A stretch of DNA of 64,000 nucleotides from the human T2T-CHM13v2.0 reference genome, Homo sapiens. The stretch lies in the NCBI RefSeq assembly GCF_009914755.1, contig NC_060929.1. One strand, given 5' to 3'. How positions within the stretch are numbered: the first letter of the stretch is position 1; every line of letters starts with the position of its first letter. The translations under genes and the position numbers were made by a program. Below the pieces are notes generated by a model, which searched no databases, was not told the DNA's origin, and was given only the letters and a program-made list of their open reading frames with translations. This document shows, piece by piece, positions 57,373-64,000 of this stretch.

Positions 57373-57469
57373 CTGTAACGTGGTCTGAATGTGTCCCTCC
57401 AAAATTCATGTTGAAACCTAATCCCAATTCCCATTATTGTGTTATTTAGAAGTAGGACCTCCTGGGAAG
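57373..57469 (+). mobile_element. 5' part of an MST/MLT1A-type LTR
   Basis: gtggtctgaatgtgtccctccaaaattcatgttgaaacctaatccc. Confidence 0.7.
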
Positions 57470-57828
57470 TATCTTAGTCTGTTTTTACTGCTATAACAAA
57501 ATACCTAAGACTGGGTAATTTATAAAGAAAATAAATTTATTTCTCACAGTTCAAAGTACAAATCAAGGTACTAGCAAATTCATTGTCTGGTAATAGACCA
57601 GTCTCCACTTCCAAGATGATGCCTTATTGTTGTATTCTCAAAAGAGGAGGAACACTGTTTCCTCACCTGGCAGAAAGTCAAAGAGGCTGAATGCTGCCTG
57701 AGTCCTCTATAATAAGGACCTTAACCCCATTCTTGAGAGAGGATCCTTCATGGCCTAATCACCTTTCAAAGAACACCCCTCTTAAGATCATCACATTGGC
57801 CATTAAGTTTCAACACATGAATATTGGT
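57470..57828 (-). mobile_element. MSTC/MSTD-like LTR
   Basis: tcttagtctgttt..gctataacaaaatacc..gactgggtaatttataaagaa; catcacattggccattaagtttcaaca. Confidence 0.8.
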
Positions 57829-58663
57829 GTCTTTTAAAATTTGTATGGATACATAATAGTTGCACGTGTTTATGGGGTATACATGGTATTTGATGCAAGA
57901 GTCTTGTGCATAATGATCAAAAGTAACTGGGATGTTCATCACCACAAATATTTATTATTTCTTTGTGTTGGGAAAATTTCAAATCTTCTAGCTATTTTGA
58001 AATATGCAGTAAATTATTATTAACTATAGTTGCCCTATTGAACTGTTGAATACCAGGACTTATCCCTTCTATCTAACTGTAATTTTGTACCCATTATGTG
58101 TCCTCTTTTCTCCCTTTCCCTTCCCAGCCTCTAGTTACTACCATTCTACCTTCTTCTTCCATGAGGTCTACATTTTTAGCTTCCACATATGAGTGACAAC
58201 ATGTGATATTTGTCTCTCTGTGTCTGGCTTATTTCATTTTTCATGATGACCTCTAGTTTCATCCATGTGGCTGCAAATGGCAGGATTTCACTCTTTTTTA
58301 TGCTAAGTAGTACTCTGTTGAATATATATACCATATTTTCTTTATTCATTCATCTGTTGTTGGACACGTAGGTTGATTTCGTATCTTGGGTGTTGTGAAT
58401 AGCACTGCAATAAGTATAGGAGTGCAGCTATCTCTTGAATATACTTATTTCCTTTCTTTTTGATACATAACCAGTAGTGGAATTGCTGGATCATATGGTA
58501 GTTCTATTTTTAGTTTTTTGAAGAAACTCCACACTGATTTCCATAATAACTATATGACCTTACTTGTCCATCAACGGTATATGAATGTTCTCCTTTCTCC
58601 ACATCCTTGCCAACATTTGTTATTTTTTGTTGTCTTGATAATGGCCATTCTAATGAGGGTGAG

Positions 58664-58664
<1 letters not shown>
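57829..58664 (-). mobile_element. L1MA 3' fragment
   Basis: ttatggggtatacatg, ccacatatgagtga, ccagtagtggaattgctggatcatatggtagttctatttttag. Confidence 0.85.

Positions 58665-58695
<31 letters not shown>
58665..58695. repeat. (TTA)n microsatellite at the L1PA tail junction
   Basis: Direct reading. Confidence 0.9.
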
Positions 58696-58697
58696 GC

Positions 58698-64000
<5,303 letters not shown>

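Overview
Primate (human-like) intergenic or intronic DNA, AT-rich and repeat-dense, with no recognisable intact protein-coding gene. Best-supported features: (1) a full-length processed RPL10A pseudogene on the minus strand (6602-7323) with poly(A), a 14-bp TSD, three in-frame stops and a frameshift; (2) a degenerate ERVL-class provirus (1467-5040) with LTR40-like LTRs and readable RNase H and integrase relics; (3) a long L1PA element (58698 to window end) with a deleted ORF1, inside a stack of older elements; (4) many Alu, MIR, L2, MaLR, Tigger and hAT repeats. The most unusual structure is at 40832-45381: a ~3.5-kb self-complementary AT-rich array bracketed by an inverted duplication of non-repetitive DNA (169 bp at ~93% identity plus 92 bp at ~90%). 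The two blocks are adjacent on the left but separated by 428 bp on the right, and a hairpin module recurs inside the array and just outside it. This resembles a PATRR-like, template-switch-built palindrome. I see no evidence of a new gene system. Repeat subfamily names are from memory of consensus sequences and need RepeatMasker/Dfam confirmation; boundaries of old repeats are approximate.
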